A DNA stretch of 52,316 nt from Synechococcus sp. GTDB lineage: Bacteria; Cyanobacteriota; Cyanobacteriia; Thermostichales; PCC-7336. The position numbers were made by a program, and so were the translations under genes. Shown one piece after another: positions 28,110-38,852 of the stretch. The notes beneath the pieces were generated by a model. It was not told where the DNA came from. It did not search any database and saw nothing but the letters and a program-made list of their open reading frames with translations. The stretch spans positions 1 through 52,316 of the forward strand of contig JBFRWD010000005.1 of assembly GCA_051439425.1 (NCBI GenBank). Reading direction: 5' to 3'. The first letter of the stretch is position 1. Each line of letters opens with the position of its first letter.

Positions 28110-29624
28110 TTAACTCAACGGTTGTTGGATCTGTGGGGTTTCGGTGATGAAAACCTGTTCGGTTTTCAGGTTCGGTATGGCCGCCACCATGGCGTCGGTA
28201 GTCGGCTCCGTCCAGCGCACCAGCCACGTGGGTTGAATGCCGAAGAACACGATTGAGATGGCCAAGATAAATGCAGGTACCCGCTCTCTCCATTCCACTT
28301 TGGGAAAGTAGGCGATCGCGTTGTCCAATCGACCGAAGCAAGTGCGGTTCAGCAAGATGATGAAATACACCGTTGTCAGACCGCTACCCAACACACATAA
28401 CAGTGTCTGAAGTGGGAAGGCTTGGTAGCTGCCTTGGAAGACTAAAAATTCGGCAATAAATCCAGCCAAACCGGGGATACCCGCACTGGCCATACCGCTG
28501 AGCACCAGCAGGGCGCTAATCATCGGCAAGCCGCGGATCGGATTCATCAATCCATTCAACACATCCAGCTCTCGGGTGCCCACCTTGGCTTCGATAACAC
28601 CCACCAAGTGGAATAGAATGGCCAGAATCAATCCATGAGCTACCATCTGAGCTACTGCGCCAACTAAGCTCAGCGAGGTGAGGGCCGCGCCCCCCAAGAG
28701 GATGTAACCCATGTGGCCAATGGAGCTATAGGCCACCATGCGTTTGATATCTTTCTGAGCGATCGCCACAATCGCGCCATAGAGTACGCTAATGGTTGCC
28801 CAAGTGGCCATCCCCGGAGCCAGTGTTGCCCATGCTTCGGGAAATAATCCCAACCCAAAGCGGAAAATACCGTACACTCCCAACTTCGCCAGCACTCCCC
28901 CCAGCATGATCGCCACTGGGGCAGATGCCGCAACATACGTATCGGGCAGCCAGGTGTGCAAGGGAACCAGTGGAATTTTGATGCCGAAGCCAACCAGCAA
29001 GACACCCAACAGCAGGATTTGTAGACCTAGCGGAAGAGCCTGACCTGCGAAAGACTCGTAAGCAAAGCTGGTGGACCCCGTTGCCCAAACCAGCCCCAAG
29101 AATGCCGCCAGAATCAGAACGCCGGACAGCGCCGTGTACAGCAAGAATTTGGTCGCTGCGTAGTTAGAACCCTTCCCGCCCCAAATGGAAATCAGTAGGA
29201 AGAACGGAATCAGTTCCACTTCGTAGAACAAGAAAAACAGCAGCAGATTTTGGGTCAAGAACGCTCCGGCTACTGCTCCGCTCACCAGCAGCATGAGAGC
29301 GTAGAACAAGCGTGGCCGCTCGACGTTTTCATTACTGCTGTAGATGGCAATCCAGGTGAGGAAACTGTTGAGGACGAGTAGGGGCATCGAGAGGCCATCC
29401 ACCCCCAAGCTGTAATCCAACCCCAATGGTGAAATCCAGGGTAGATATTCAGTGAACTGCAATAGAGGACTGCGGAAGTCAAATTGACTGGTCAGCCACA
29501 GCGACCACAGCAAACCGAGACCGCTGAGGACTAAAGATGCAAGCTTGAGCCGCTTGAGAGGGATGGGCAGTAGCCCGATGAAGATCGCCCCAAAGACAGG
29601 CAACCAAATGAGTGTGCTGAGCAT
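28110..29624 (-). CDS. ndhD3: NDH-1 subunit NdhD3 (inducible CO2 uptake)
   Basis: NuoM-type: KIPLVPLHTWLPD, KRMVAYSSIGHMG, LNGLMNPIRGLP; position in the cup operon. Confidence 0.93.
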   Translation of the reverse strand: MLSTLIWLPVFGAIFIGLLPIPLKRLKLASLVLSGLGLLWSLWLTSQFDFRSPLLQFTEYLPWISPLGLDYSLGVDGLSMPLLVLNSFLTWIAIYSSNENVERPRLFYALMLLVSGAVAGAFLTQNLLLFFLFYEVELIPFFLLISIWGGKGSNYAATKFLLYTALSGVLILAAFLGLVWATGSTSFAYESFAGQALPLGLQILLLGVLLVGFGIKIPLVPLHTWLPDTYVAASAPVAIMLGGVLAKLGVYGIFRFGLGLFPEAWATLAPGMATWATISVLYGAIVAIAQKDIKRMVAYSSIGHMGYILLGGAALTSLSLVGAVAQMVAHGLILAILFHLVGVIEAKVGTRELDVLNGLMNPIRGLPMISALLVLSGMASAGIPGLAGFIAEFLVFQGSYQAFPLQTLLCVLGSGLTTVYFIILLNRTCFGRLDNAIAYFPKVEWRERVPAFILAISIVFFGIQPTWLVRWTEPTTDAMVAAIPNLKTEQVFITETPQIQQPLS

Positions 29625-29633
29625 AGAACGGGG

Positions 29634-31487
29634 TTAGGAAAACAGGAATTGAAGAATGGTTTGCCAGTAAAACGCTACGGCGATGGCAATGCTACTCAAG
29701 GCAATGGTCAAGATATAAAACTGACTTTGGCCGCTATTACCGTATTTGAGAGTTTCTCCACCAACTAGCGAGACGAGGCCTACCAGGTTAACGGCTCCGT
29801 CAATGATGTAGCGATCGAACCAGTCGGTGATGCGCGAGGCCCAATCGACACCAAACACAATGCTGGAGCGATAGAGCTGGGGGGTGTAAAGGTCGTAGGA
29901 GAAGAATTTCTGTACGCCTGGTAATGGGAAGCGAATGGGTTTGGGAACGGATTGACCGATGTAGAGCACTCCCCCTACTGCGCCCCCCAATAGACTGGAC
30001 GCTACCAGCAGACTTGCGACCTGAGTGTTGAAGTGGGCCCAATCGGGCAGCAACGACAGGCTTTGAAGAATCAGGGGCAGGTGTAGGGTGAAGCCCATCA
30101 GCACCATCATCGGTAGCGTAATTAGCCAGAAATTTTCGGGAGAACGCTCGGTCATTTTGCTGGGAGACCCCGCAAAAATTAGCCCGAACTCGCGCACCAT
30201 ACTGAATGCTGTAAACCCATTGACCAGTAGCAACATGCCAACCAACCAGGGGTAATCTGCCCACAGACCATCGGCTAGCTTCAACATGGCCCAGAATCCC
30301 CCCAGTGGCGGTAGACCTACCAATCCGGCGATTCCGACTAAGCAGCACAGCCCGGAAATGGGGCGGCGGCCCCACAACCCACCCATCTGCCTCAGGTCTT
30401 GGGTAATGGTGTTGAGAATGACAGAGCCCGTGCTCATGATCAGTAACCCCTGAGCCAGTGCATGACTCAGAATCAGCATTAGAGCCGCCTCCAGTTGTTG
30501 GGTACCAACGGAAACGAAGATGAGGCCCATATAGACGCTCACAGTGTAGGAGAGCGATCGCTTGATATCCACTTGGGCCATGGAAATCAACGAACCGGCG
30601 ATCGCCGTGGTGGCACCGATGGCAATCATGGTAGTCATGACCGTTGGTGACAGTGACAGAACGGGCTCTAGCTTAATGAGCACCCAAGCACCGGTTGCCA
30701 CTACTACCGAATTTCGCAGAATGGTGCTGGGTACCGGTCCTTCCATCGCCTCATCCAGCCATAAATGCAGTGGCAACTGAGCGCACTTGCCCATCGGGCC
30801 TGCCATCAATCCCAATCCCACTAGAGTGGCGACTGTCGGAGACACCTCGGCAGTTGTTGCCCAGTCTGCCAATTCACTAAAGTTCCAAGTACCCGCCAGA
30901 GGATAAAGAGCTAATACTCCCATTAAAAGGAACAAGTCGCCGACCCGCTTCGTTAGGAACGCATCCCGCGCTCCCGATACGACCAGCGACTGGTTCAACC
31001 AGAATCCCACCAGCAAATAGGTTCCTAAGGTGAGTACTTCTAGCAGGATGTAGCTGAAGAATAGCGAGTCACACAGAATTAATCCGCACAAGCCGGCCTC
31101 GAATAGCGAGAGAAAGGCAAAAAAGCGAGCCCATCCCCAGTCCATTTCTAAGTAGCCGACGGCGTAGATCTGAGCGAGAAAATTCATCCCTGTGACCAGG
31201 GTTGTTGCTCCAACGGCTAGAGCAGATATTTCGATAGGAATGGTTAAATCTAAGCCAGCCACTTGGAGCCAGGTAAAATCCAAATGGATCGCAGGTTGCT
31301 GCCACACGGCGGGAAATGCCAATGTCCCGTGAAGCAAGGCGAGCAAGGTTGTGAACAGGTTTACGTATCCGGCAGGACGGGGACCGGTCCGGCGAATGAT
31401 GCCGGGAGACCAGAACACTGTCAGCATCATCCCGATCAAGGGATAGCAGGGCACCAGCCAAAAGTTATTCGCGAAAAATTGCACCAT
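29634..31487 (-). CDS. ndhF3: NDH-1 subunit NdhF3
   Basis: RTGPRPAGYVN, YLEMDWGWARFF, KCAQLPLHLWLDEAMEGP; first gene of the cupA operon. Confidence 0.95.
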   Translation of the reverse strand: MVQFFANNFWLVPCYPLIGMMLTVFWSPGIIRRTGPRPAGYVNLFTTLLALLHGTLAFPAVWQQPAIHLDFTWLQVAGLDLTIPIEISALAVGATTLVTGMNFLAQIYAVGYLEMDWGWARFFAFLSLFEAGLCGLILCDSLFFSYILLEVLTLGTYLLVGFWLNQSLVVSGARDAFLTKRVGDLFLLMGVLALYPLAGTWNFSELADWATTAEVSPTVATLVGLGLMAGPMGKCAQLPLHLWLDEAMEGPVPSTILRNSVVVATGAWVLIKLEPVLSLSPTVMTTMIAIGATTAIAGSLISMAQVDIKRSLSYTVSVYMGLIFVSVGTQQLEAALMLILSHALAQGLLIMSTGSVILNTITQDLRQMGGLWGRRPISGLCCLVGIAGLVGLPPLGGFWAMLKLADGLWADYPWLVGMLLLVNGFTAFSMVREFGLIFAGSPSKMTERSPENFWLITLPMMVLMGFTLHLPLILQSLSLLPDWAHFNTQVASLLVASSLLGGAVGGVLYIGQSVPKPIRFPLPGVQKFFSYDLYTPQLYRSSIVFGVDWASRITDWFDRYIIDGAVNLVGLVSLVGGETLKYGNSGQSQFYILTIALSSIAIAVAFYWQTILQFLFS

Positions 31488-31563
31488 AAGCCCCTCTGGC
31501 CCCGATCGTTTGACAGTAGAAAATCCTGAAAAGTTAGCTTCGCCAGGACTTACGTAAATCTTT

Positions 31564-31625
31564 TAAATGATCCAACTATAGATTTAAATAAATAATCACT
31601 ATTGATGGGCTTAATTCATGTCTAT
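31564..31625 (-). promoter_or_regulatory. Tandem LysR-type (NdhR/CcmR-like) operator sites upstream of ndhF3
   Basis: ATAA-N7-CTAT at 31588-31602, TTAA-N7-CTAT at 31611-31625; CTAT half-sites at 31576, 31599 and 31622 (23-bp period) in an AT-rich promoter region. Confidence 0.6.
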
Positions 31626-31942
31626 GAGTGGATTATAGGCTTCCGCTCTTGTCAATGTAAAGAAGCATTGCTTATGGGGATCTAATTGCCGATCTTATTT
31701 CGGCTTATGTGTGTTGGCGCCTGGACTTTCTCTCGATGCGCGATCGCTAACGGTTGACGATTGAGATTAGTCTGCGAGCCAGGATCTCTGTTGGGGCGAG
31801 ATTTGTGGAGGCAAGGCCGGAGCTCTGTCCGCCAAGCCTATGAGCGCAAGGGCGAGGTTGAGGCGAGAACTGTCACTGTGTAACGGCGATGTTATGCAAC
31901 AGCAATTGGAGCGGGAAGTTGTTCGCACGTCCAAATGGGAAA

Positions 31943-31971
31943 CGGAGCTCGTTTTTAAAGAAAGAGCCCCG
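31943..31971 (-). terminator. Possible terminator hairpin downstream of the 66-aa gene
   Basis: Minus strand ACGGGGCTC-N13-GAGCTCCGT-TT; short U tail. Confidence 0.35.
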
Positions 31972-32074
31972 TCTGTATAGATAAAAAATTGGAAAAACTC
32001 AAATAACTCGATGGATGAGTTACATCCTCATACCTAGTTCACGCGATCTTGAGTGTACGGACAGTCAATAGCAG

Positions 32075-32275
32075 TTAGTGGATGGCGCGGGTGACTCTGA
32101 TGTCAAACTCTACCCCGGATGGATGGTCGGTTTTAGCCTTGGTTCTGGCTAGAGTGTCTGCTCCTTGGCGGTTGTCTGCCAGTACTTCGTAGCGCTCGGT
32201 CATCATGGCACTATTGGCCGGCGAGGCTCCGTTTAACTCTAAAATGTCGACGAAGACCTCGAATGTATGACTCAT
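32075..32275 (-). CDS. Small hypothetical protein, 66 aa
   Basis: ATG preceded by a strong AGGAG RBS; globular-looking beta-beta-alpha-beta pattern. Confidence 0.7.
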   Translation of the reverse strand: MSHTFEVFVDILELNGASPANSAMMTERYEVLADNRQGADTLARTKAKTDHPSGVEFDIRVTRAIH

Positions 32276-32852
32276 TGTTCTTCTCCTGAATCATGGCATT
32301 GAGCAACGTTCTTGCATAGCGATCGCCACATTACTGAGAGATAGCTGCGCGAGAGTAAACTCCACATCGAGTGTGAGAGCGCGGCGTCTCAATTAGGAAT
32401 GGCAAGCACCATAGAAAGCTGCTGAATACAGGACAGTATAAGGAGTTACCCCCTCCGTTGTCTGGAGCACGTTAGGTTCCGTTAGAGGGGTTGTTGTTCG
32501 TTGATATTCCGAAATTTATCTTCGTATGAAAGACGCAAAACGTTTCAAGGACTACCTGTTGTCTGTTGTCCTGAGATCCGTTTTCTGGTGGTAGGCGATT
32601 GATGGAATGGACGATTGATAAGACGGGATTTCCCTGCAGGCTAACCCCACCATACTTGTAGAAACACTGACTACATCAACGTTCGCAAAATAACTGACTG
32701 TTAGTTCGTACGGCGAATGGGTACAACTTTAAATAGGAATGCCGATATGTCGTAGATAAAGTCAAAAAATTTCTCGAATTGGTATTGTTTTGACTGTAAC
32801 TTCAGTGTTCATTGATTAGTTCTATTTCTCTCTCTCTCTCTCAATTTCAGAC

Positions 32853-33536
32853 ATGGTTTCTGTCATTCGATCTTCCCCCAGCGCCAGAGCTGAATTCATC
32901 CGTAAAACCTATGCCCACTTGGCAGGAGCCGTTGCCGCTTTTCTCGTACTGGAATGGCTCTTCTTCCAGCTAGGTATTGCAGAATCACTATTTTTACTGG
33001 TGGCTTCGTCCCAGTATGCATGGTTGGCGATTCTCGGCGGCTTCATGGTGTTGGGGTGGATTGCACGCGGATTGGCCTCTCGCTCTGACGACATCAACCT
33101 GCAATACGCGGGGCTGGGGCTCTATGTTGTGGGCGAATCCCTGATTTTTGCGCCACTGCTCTACATCGCGTCCTACTACTCAGACCCGACGGTGCTTCCG
33201 ACGGCTGCCATCCTGACATTGCTAATGTTTGCGGGACTGACAACGATCGCCTTTACCACGCGCAAAGATTTTTCCTTTTTGGGTGGTGTTCTCAAGTTGA
33301 CGGGCTTTGTCGCCCTCGGTTTGATCGTCTGCAGTATTGTATTTAATTTCACTCTGGGCTTGGTCTTTTCTGTCGGTATGGTTGCGTTTGCGTCTGCCGC
33401 TATCCTGTACGACACCTCAAAGGTGATGCGTCACTATCAACCCCATCAATACGTAGCTGCATCTCTTCAGCTATTTGCCTCTGTGGCCTTACTGTTTTGG
33501 TACGTCTTGCAGATTGTGATGAGAGCCCGCCGTTAA
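32853..33536 (+). CDS. Bax inhibitor-1 / YccA family membrane protein
   Basis: FIRKTYAHL, TRKDFSFLGG, ILYDTS, ASLQLFASVALLFWYVL. Confidence 0.9.
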   Translation: MVSVIRSSPSARAEFIRKTYAHLAGAVAAFLVLEWLFFQLGIAESLFLLVASSQYAWLAILGGFMVLGWIARGLASRSDDINLQYAGLGLYVVGESLIFAPLLYIASYYSDPTVLPTAAILTLLMFAGLTTIAFTTRKDFSFLGGVLKLTGFVALGLIVCSIVFNFTLGLVFSVGMVAFASAAILYDTSKVMRHYQPHQYVAASLQLFASVALLFWYVLQIVMRARR

Positions 33537-33755
33537 TGCCGACAAATGTGCCAGGCCGATCACTCCCCGCCTATGGGGCGCATTGTAGCTTAATGGCAGT
33601 CATTACTTTCCGGCGGTTATCCCTTCATAACGGTTATTGGTGGACAGCCAACGACGCTTGTTTTTTAGACAATTGGTCAATAAGGTGCGTCTTTAAGCAT
33701 TGCCTCGGAGCAATTGTTCGCCAAAAATATCTCTGTGTCATTCCCCCAGATTGCG

Positions 33756-34349
33756 ATGACTTTAACCCAGACCTGCAGCCTACTGACGTTGGAACGTGCT
33801 CTTGTTAAGCCTTCCGGGGGGTTGAATCGGCCAAAGACCGCCGAGCAACTCAACAAGTTGCGCTCGGGTGAAATTTTGATGGACTATCACGTTGTCTCCG
33901 GGCGAGAGGCAAAGGTTCAGGTGAATGTGATGCTGAATCGTTCCCGGCGGGACATTTGGCAGCAACTGACAGATTACGACAGCTGGCCGGCGCTCCTGCC
34001 CAATATTGTGGCGAGTACGGCCATTGATGACAGCTATCCCAAGCGCATCCGCCAAGCGGCTGGGTTTCAAATGTTTGGTTTCGTTCCCCAGGTTCACATC
34101 GAGCTGTTGGTGCGCGAGCAAGCGGAGCACGAAATTGTCTTTGAAGGGGTGAGCGGAAGCTTTAACGCTTTTCAAGCTGTACTGACTTTGCAAGAGTGTG
34201 AAGAGGGAGTCCTGCTGACCTATTCTGTGACCGCCGAGTTACTGTGGCCTATGCCCAAGGTGGCGATTGAGCAGGGCATTCTGAAGATTCTGCCTCGAAA
34301 TCTCAAGCACTTGCGGGCCCAATTGCGGGAACAACCCCAAGCTGCCTAG
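33756..34349 (+). CDS. SRPBCC / polyketide cyclase-dehydrase family protein
   Basis: IWQQLTDYD.WP..LPNI, GSFNAF, LTYSV; start ATG 33756. Confidence 0.82.
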   Translation: MTLTQTCSLLTLERALVKPSGGLNRPKTAEQLNKLRSGEILMDYHVVSGREAKVQVNVMLNRSRRDIWQQLTDYDSWPALLPNIVASTAIDDSYPKRIRQAAGFQMFGFVPQVHIELLVREQAEHEIVFEGVSGSFNAFQAVLTLQECEEGVLLTYSVTAELLWPMPKVAIEQGILKILPRNLKHLRAQLREQPQAA

Positions 34350-34398
34350 CTCTAGGTCTGGAGGGACTGTAGGTTTCAGTCCTGTCTAGACAAGGACA

Positions 34399-34498
34399 TA
34401 TAGCGATAGGCAAGCCGTTATTGAAAGTTTTCCAATCATTTCTTGTCGATTAGGGCTTTGAGCTATCTCCCGAGTCTAGACCTTACAGCGGATTGCTA
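34399..34498 (-). mobile_element. MITE/REP-like repeat, copy 3 (inverted)
   Basis: Reverse complement TAGCAATCCGCTGTAAGGTCTAGACTCGGG...ATAACGGCTTGCCTATCGCTATA. Confidence 0.75.
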
Positions 34499-34569
34499 TC
34501 GACTTGAACAAATCTGCCTAGCTGTTAGCTAGTCTCGCAGAGATTCGACATTATAGAGATTCGATGCCA

Positions 34570-35709
34570 TTAGACCGGAATGGGCGAACAGAGTGTTTGG
34601 GCTAGCTCAATTTCTCGCTCCTCCAGTTTTGCGATCGCTTCGCAGTAGACATCTTCCACCGTGCGACCGCTGTTAACCTGACGTAACCACTGTTGAGCTT
34701 CGTTGCCATCCCGCAGAATTGTCTTGAGAGGGGAGAGGAAGCAGCTAAATCCCATCGAATGGGCGGTTAACCAGGCTTCGTCATATTGCTGTTCCAACCA
34801 TTCTGCTGCTTGAATTTCGTTGCCAGTTTGCCAGTGGATCAGGGTGGCTTCTAGCGAATGCTCGGCGGCGGCGGCTTCGTTGCGATCGCAAATGCTTGCC
34901 ATTTCCTCGGGGGTGAAGGGTCCATTGAGAGGATCGAACCGTCTGGGGTCTCGCAGCATCTGCCATACCCGCGCTTCTAGAAGAGCTGTGATGGCTAGCA
35001 AGGCAATCGGATCGCCAACCATTTCTGCAATTCGGACTTCCAGGCGATTGAGGAGTTTGGGGCGATCGGGGCCATTGGGGCGGACCGATAGCCAGAGATG
35101 GCGCACGTTCTGCATCGTGCCCAGACGGAGTTGTTCGTCCGTCCAGTCGATGTAGTGCTGGTGGTCGAGAAATAGCGGCACTTGAGCCGGAGTGCGGGGG
35201 AACAGATGCCAGCGGGTGGAATGGTAGCCGGTGACTTTGCCATCTAGAAATGGGGATGCGGCACTGAGGGCCAGATAGAGTGCTGCTTCTGCCCTCAGCA
35301 ACCGAGTTGCTTGTATGAGTCGCTCGGAGTCATTCATCCCAATGTTGATGTGTACGCTGGCGGTAACGACATCCGTACCGTAGGTCTGTTCGATATAGGC
35401 GTGATACGGGTTGTTGGGGTCGGAGCGGTGGAATTGACTGCTGTCTCCTAGTGCAAGGGTGCTGCCCGGTAATACTGTGTAGTCGCCCAATGAGGCCAGG
35501 TATTGGCGCAACTGTTGGCGAGGTTTGAGTAAGGCGCACGGGAGGCGATCGTAGGTGGCAATTGGGGCGGTGGTGTATTCGACGTTACGATTGTCGGGTT
35601 CGCGGACGAAACCAGGTAGATTGGCGGCAATGCGATCGGAAAAACCCACCGTTTCCCCTTGCGGAGTCCCTGTGTACATCTCTACTTCAAATCCTTTGCA
35701 AAGCAGCAC
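34570..35709 (-). CDS. gshA: Glutamate-cysteine ligase, cyanobacterial type
   Basis: KGFEVEMYTG, REPDNRNVEYTT, TASVHINIG, MQNVRHLW.SVRPNG. Confidence 0.93.
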   Translation of the reverse strand: MLLCKGFEVEMYTGTPQGETVGFSDRIAANLPGFVREPDNRNVEYTTAPIATYDRLPCALLKPRQQLRQYLASLGDYTVLPGSTLALGDSSQFHRSDPNNPYHAYIEQTYGTDVVTASVHINIGMNDSERLIQATRLLRAEAALYLALSAASPFLDGKVTGYHSTRWHLFPRTPAQVPLFLDHQHYIDWTDEQLRLGTMQNVRHLWLSVRPNGPDRPKLLNRLEVRIAEMVGDPIALLAITALLEARVWQMLRDPRRFDPLNGPFTPEEMASICDRNEAAAAEHSLEATLIHWQTGNEIQAAEWLEQQYDEAWLTAHSMGFSCFLSPLKTILRDGNEAQQWLRQVNSGRTVEDVYCEAIAKLEEREIELAQTLCSPIPV

Positions 35710-35870
35710 GACTGGGCTCCGGTATGGTGGCAGTGATTCGTGGCGTTAGACATGTTCCGAGAACCTTGCAATCGCCACAGCTTCCAGATCTTAGCGTGCT
35801 TCCCCAGTTGGCACTGTTAACGTTGCGTCTGAGAACACGATCTGCAGCTCTATCCAGATAGAACTCGTTG

Positions 35871-38522
35871 TTACCCTAGCGATTCTGAAAGTTGGGTGCG
35901 GGCTGATTCCAGTGCTTCGGCGAGTTTGCTCGCATCCCGACCACCTGCTTGAGCAAAATTGGGCCGACCGCCGCCGCCGCCGCCGGTAATCTTGGCGATC
36001 GCACCAATAAACTTGCCTGCTTGCAATCCAGCTTTGTTGACTTCAGGACCGAATGCCGCCACCCATGCGACTTTTCCGTCTGCTGGAGATGAGCCCAGCA
36101 CCACTGCACCGCCACCTCCCAATTTCTGCAGTAACGTACTAGCCGCCGATTTAAGTGCATCGGCATCGGCCCCAGGAATTTCAGCCACCAATCCTTTGAA
36201 GTCTCCAATCGCTTGTGCCTGCTCGACTAGAGACGAAGCACTAGCGATCGCCAGCTCGCTCTTGAGCTGCGCCATTTGCTTCTGGGCTGCCTTCAGCTCG
36301 TCTTGCAATGCCGTTACTCGATCGGGAATCTCCTGGGGCTTGATCTTGAACCGAGCTGTCAAATCCTTCACCACCGCATCCCGCTCGTTGATATAAGGCA
36401 AGATCGCCGGCCCCGCTACAGCTTCAATCCGCCGCACCCCCGCCGATACTCCCGACTCGGAAATAATTTTGACCAACCCAATTTCAGCCGTATTGCTGAC
36501 GTGAGTTCCGCCACATAACTCCATCGAAACGCCGGGGACATCGATCACTCGCACCACATCCCCGTACTTCTCGCCAAACATCGCTACAGCGCCCTTGGCT
36601 TTAGCTTCGGCGATCGGCATTTCAGCAGTTTCTGTTCCGTGGGCTTGTCCGATCCAGCTATTGATCTGGGCTTCCACCTGCTCCACCTGCTCGGGGGTCA
36701 GTGCTTGAGGGGCGTTGAAGTCGAAGCGCAACCGGTCAAACGCGACTAAAGAACCAGCCTGAGAAATAGATTCGTCCACAATCGACTTCAACGCTGCTTG
36801 CAACAGGTGGGTGGCGGTGTGGTGGATTTGTGCACCGCGACGGCAATCGCGATCGATGGTGGCGTTGATGCTGTCGCCCACCGCCAGGCTGCCGCGCTCG
36901 ACTTTTCCGAAATGAACGAAAATATCCTCTAGTTTTTGCACATCTTCAATTCTGACTACCAATTCATCGCCGAGGAGGTAACCGCGATCGCCTACTTGAC
37001 CCCCCGACTCCGCATAAAACGGCGTCTGGTCGAGTACCACCTGAACCTCATCGCCAGCGCAAGCAGAGGTAACGCTGCCATCGGCAGACACAATCGCCTT
37101 TACGGCAGCAGTAGAAGCGGGTTCGGTGTAGCCCAAAAACTGGGTGGACTCTAGCTCGTTGGCTAACTTGTCGATCGCCCCCTGAACCGTCACATCAACG
37201 GTTTCAGCAGCATCCTTTGCCCGCTTCCTTTGCTCCTCCATCTCCACATCGAAGACAGCTTTATCAACGGTAAAGCCTTGCTCTTCGGCTACTTCTTCGG
37301 TGAGTTCGAAGGGGAAGCCGTAGGTGTCATAGAGGATAAACGCATCTTGACCGGAGATGGTCTTGCTCTTCTTGGTGGCGGGACGGGACAAGATTTCGGC
37401 CAGTAGCTTTTCGCCGCGATCAAGGGTTTTGAGGAATTGGGCTTCTTCGCGCACCAACTCTGCTTTGATGAAATCGGCTCTGGCGGTTAGGTCGGGGAAG
37501 GCATCTTTGTAGAGGGCGATCGCTACGTCGGCAACTTCGGCGATGAAGGGGCGATCGATGCCAATCAGGCGACCGTGACGAACGATGCGACGAATCAGAC
37601 GGCGTAAGATGTAGCCGCGCCCGGTGTTAGAGGCGGTGATGGTGTCGCAAATCATGTGGACGACGGCCCGCACGTGGTCGCCAATCACTTTGAGCGAGAC
37701 TTTGGTGTCATCATCGCTCTCGAAGTAGTCGATACCGGCAACGTCTGCCGCTGCTTTGACGATGGGGAAGACTAGGTCGGTTTCGTAGTTGTTGGGCACC
37801 CCTTGCAATACTTGGGCCATCCGTTCCAGTCCCAAGCCGGTGTCGATGTTTTGCTTGGCCAGCGGTTTGGTGTTGCCCTCGGCGTCACGGTTCAGTTCCA
37901 TGAATACGAGGTTGTAGATTTCTAGAAACCTAGAGTCGTCTTCTAGGTCAATGTCTTTGTCCCCTTCTTCTGGCTTGAAGTCGTAGTAAATCTCGGAACA
38001 GGGGCCGCAGGGGCCGGTGGGGCCAGCCGCCCAGAAGTTATCGGCTTCATCCATGCGACGGATGCGGGTTTCGGGTAGTCCGATATCGTCCCGCCAAATG
38101 GCGTAGGCATCGTCGTCTTCGCGGAAAACGCTGGCTACCAAGCGATCTGGGGGGAGACCAAATTCATTGGTGACTAAGTCCCAGGCCCAGGCGATCGCCT
38201 CCTTTTTGAAATAATCGCCAAAGCTGAAGTTACCCAGCATTTCGAAGAAGGTATGGTGGCGTGCGGTGCGACCGACGTTCTCGATGTCGTTGGTACGAAT
38301 GCACTTCTGGGATGTAGTCGCGCGCGGAACTTCTGCTTCCCGCTGTCCCAGAAAGATGGGCTTGAAGGGCAGCATTCCGGCGATCGTCAGAAGAACAGTG
38401 GGGTCTTCGGGCACCAGGGATGCGCTGGGCATAATGGTGTGGCCGTTCTTGGCGAAGTAATCCAGAAACTTCTGACGGATTTCGTTACCGGAGAGTGGCT
38501 TCAACATGGGAACTACTGACAA
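35871..38522 (-). CDS. alaS: Alanine--tRNA ligase
   Basis: [52 protein letters not shown]; start may be ATG 38507. Confidence 0.99.
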   Translation of the reverse strand: MSVVPMLKPLSGNEIRQKFLDYFAKNGHTIMPSASLVPEDPTVLLTIAGMLPFKPIFLGQREAEVPRATTSQKCIRTNDIENVGRTARHHTFFEMLGNFSFGDYFKKEAIAWAWDLVTNEFGLPPDRLVASVFREDDDAYAIWRDDIGLPETRIRRMDEADNFWAAGPTGPCGPCSEIYYDFKPEEGDKDIDLEDDSRFLEIYNLVFMELNRDAEGNTKPLAKQNIDTGLGLERMAQVLQGVPNNYETDLVFPIVKAAADVAGIDYFESDDDTKVSLKVIGDHVRAVVHMICDTITASNTGRGYILRRLIRRIVRHGRLIGIDRPFIAEVADVAIALYKDAFPDLTARADFIKAELVREEAQFLKTLDRGEKLLAEILSRPATKKSKTISGQDAFILYDTYGFPFELTEEVAEEQGFTVDKAVFDVEMEEQRKRAKDAAETVDVTVQGAIDKLANELESTQFLGYTEPASTAAVKAIVSADGSVTSACAGDEVQVVLDQTPFYAESGGQVGDRGYLLGDELVVRIEDVQKLEDIFVHFGKVERGSLAVGDSINATIDRDCRRGAQIHHTATHLLQAALKSIVDESISQAGSLVAFDRLRFDFNAPQALTPEQVEQVEAQINSWIGQAHGTETAEMPIAEAKAKGAVAMFGEKYGDVVRVIDVPGVSMELCGGTHVSNTAEIGLVKIISESGVSAGVRRIEAVAGPAILPYINERDAVVKDLTARFKIKPQEIPDRVTALQDELKAAQKQMAQLKSELAIASASSLVEQAQAIGDFKGLVAEIPGADADALKSAASTLLQKLGGGGAVVLGSSPADGKVAWVAAFGPEVNKAGLQAGKFIGAIAKITGGGGGGRPNFAQAGGRDASKLAEALESARTQLSESLG

Positions 38523-38681
38523 ACAAGTCTTTCTATTCTGTCATCCTGATGACGCCATCACGTCCACGTTTTCAGATTCGTATGCCAGCCTCCAAGCTGC
38601 GTTACTCAGGAGGATGTGCCAAAAATGCGAGCGAGATAATGTATGGCCTAGCGGTGAAATTCGAGAGCTGTAGTGCTCATA

Positions 38682-38782
38682 TAGCAATCCGCTGTAAGGT
38701 CTGGAGAGTGGAGATGCTTCAAAGCCTTGATTTGCGCAAAAATGCTCCGAAAATCCTCCATAGCGGATTGCCGATAGCCATA
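38682..38782 (+). mobile_element. MITE/REP-like repeat, copy 4
   Basis: TAGCAATCCGCTGTAAGGTCTGGAG...CCATAGCGGATTGCCGATAGCCATA. Confidence 0.75.
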
Positions 38783-38852
38783 AAAGAACGCTGGCGGAGA
38801 GCGATCGCTTCCCACCAGCGCGAATAAAAGGTTTTTACGCAAGACAGATTAA

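Noticed and set aside
31860..31920. Cobalamin riboswitch (GTCACTG...GGGAAG)
   Set aside because: The other conserved elements and the B12 box are missing or out of order, and no B12-related gene follows on that strand
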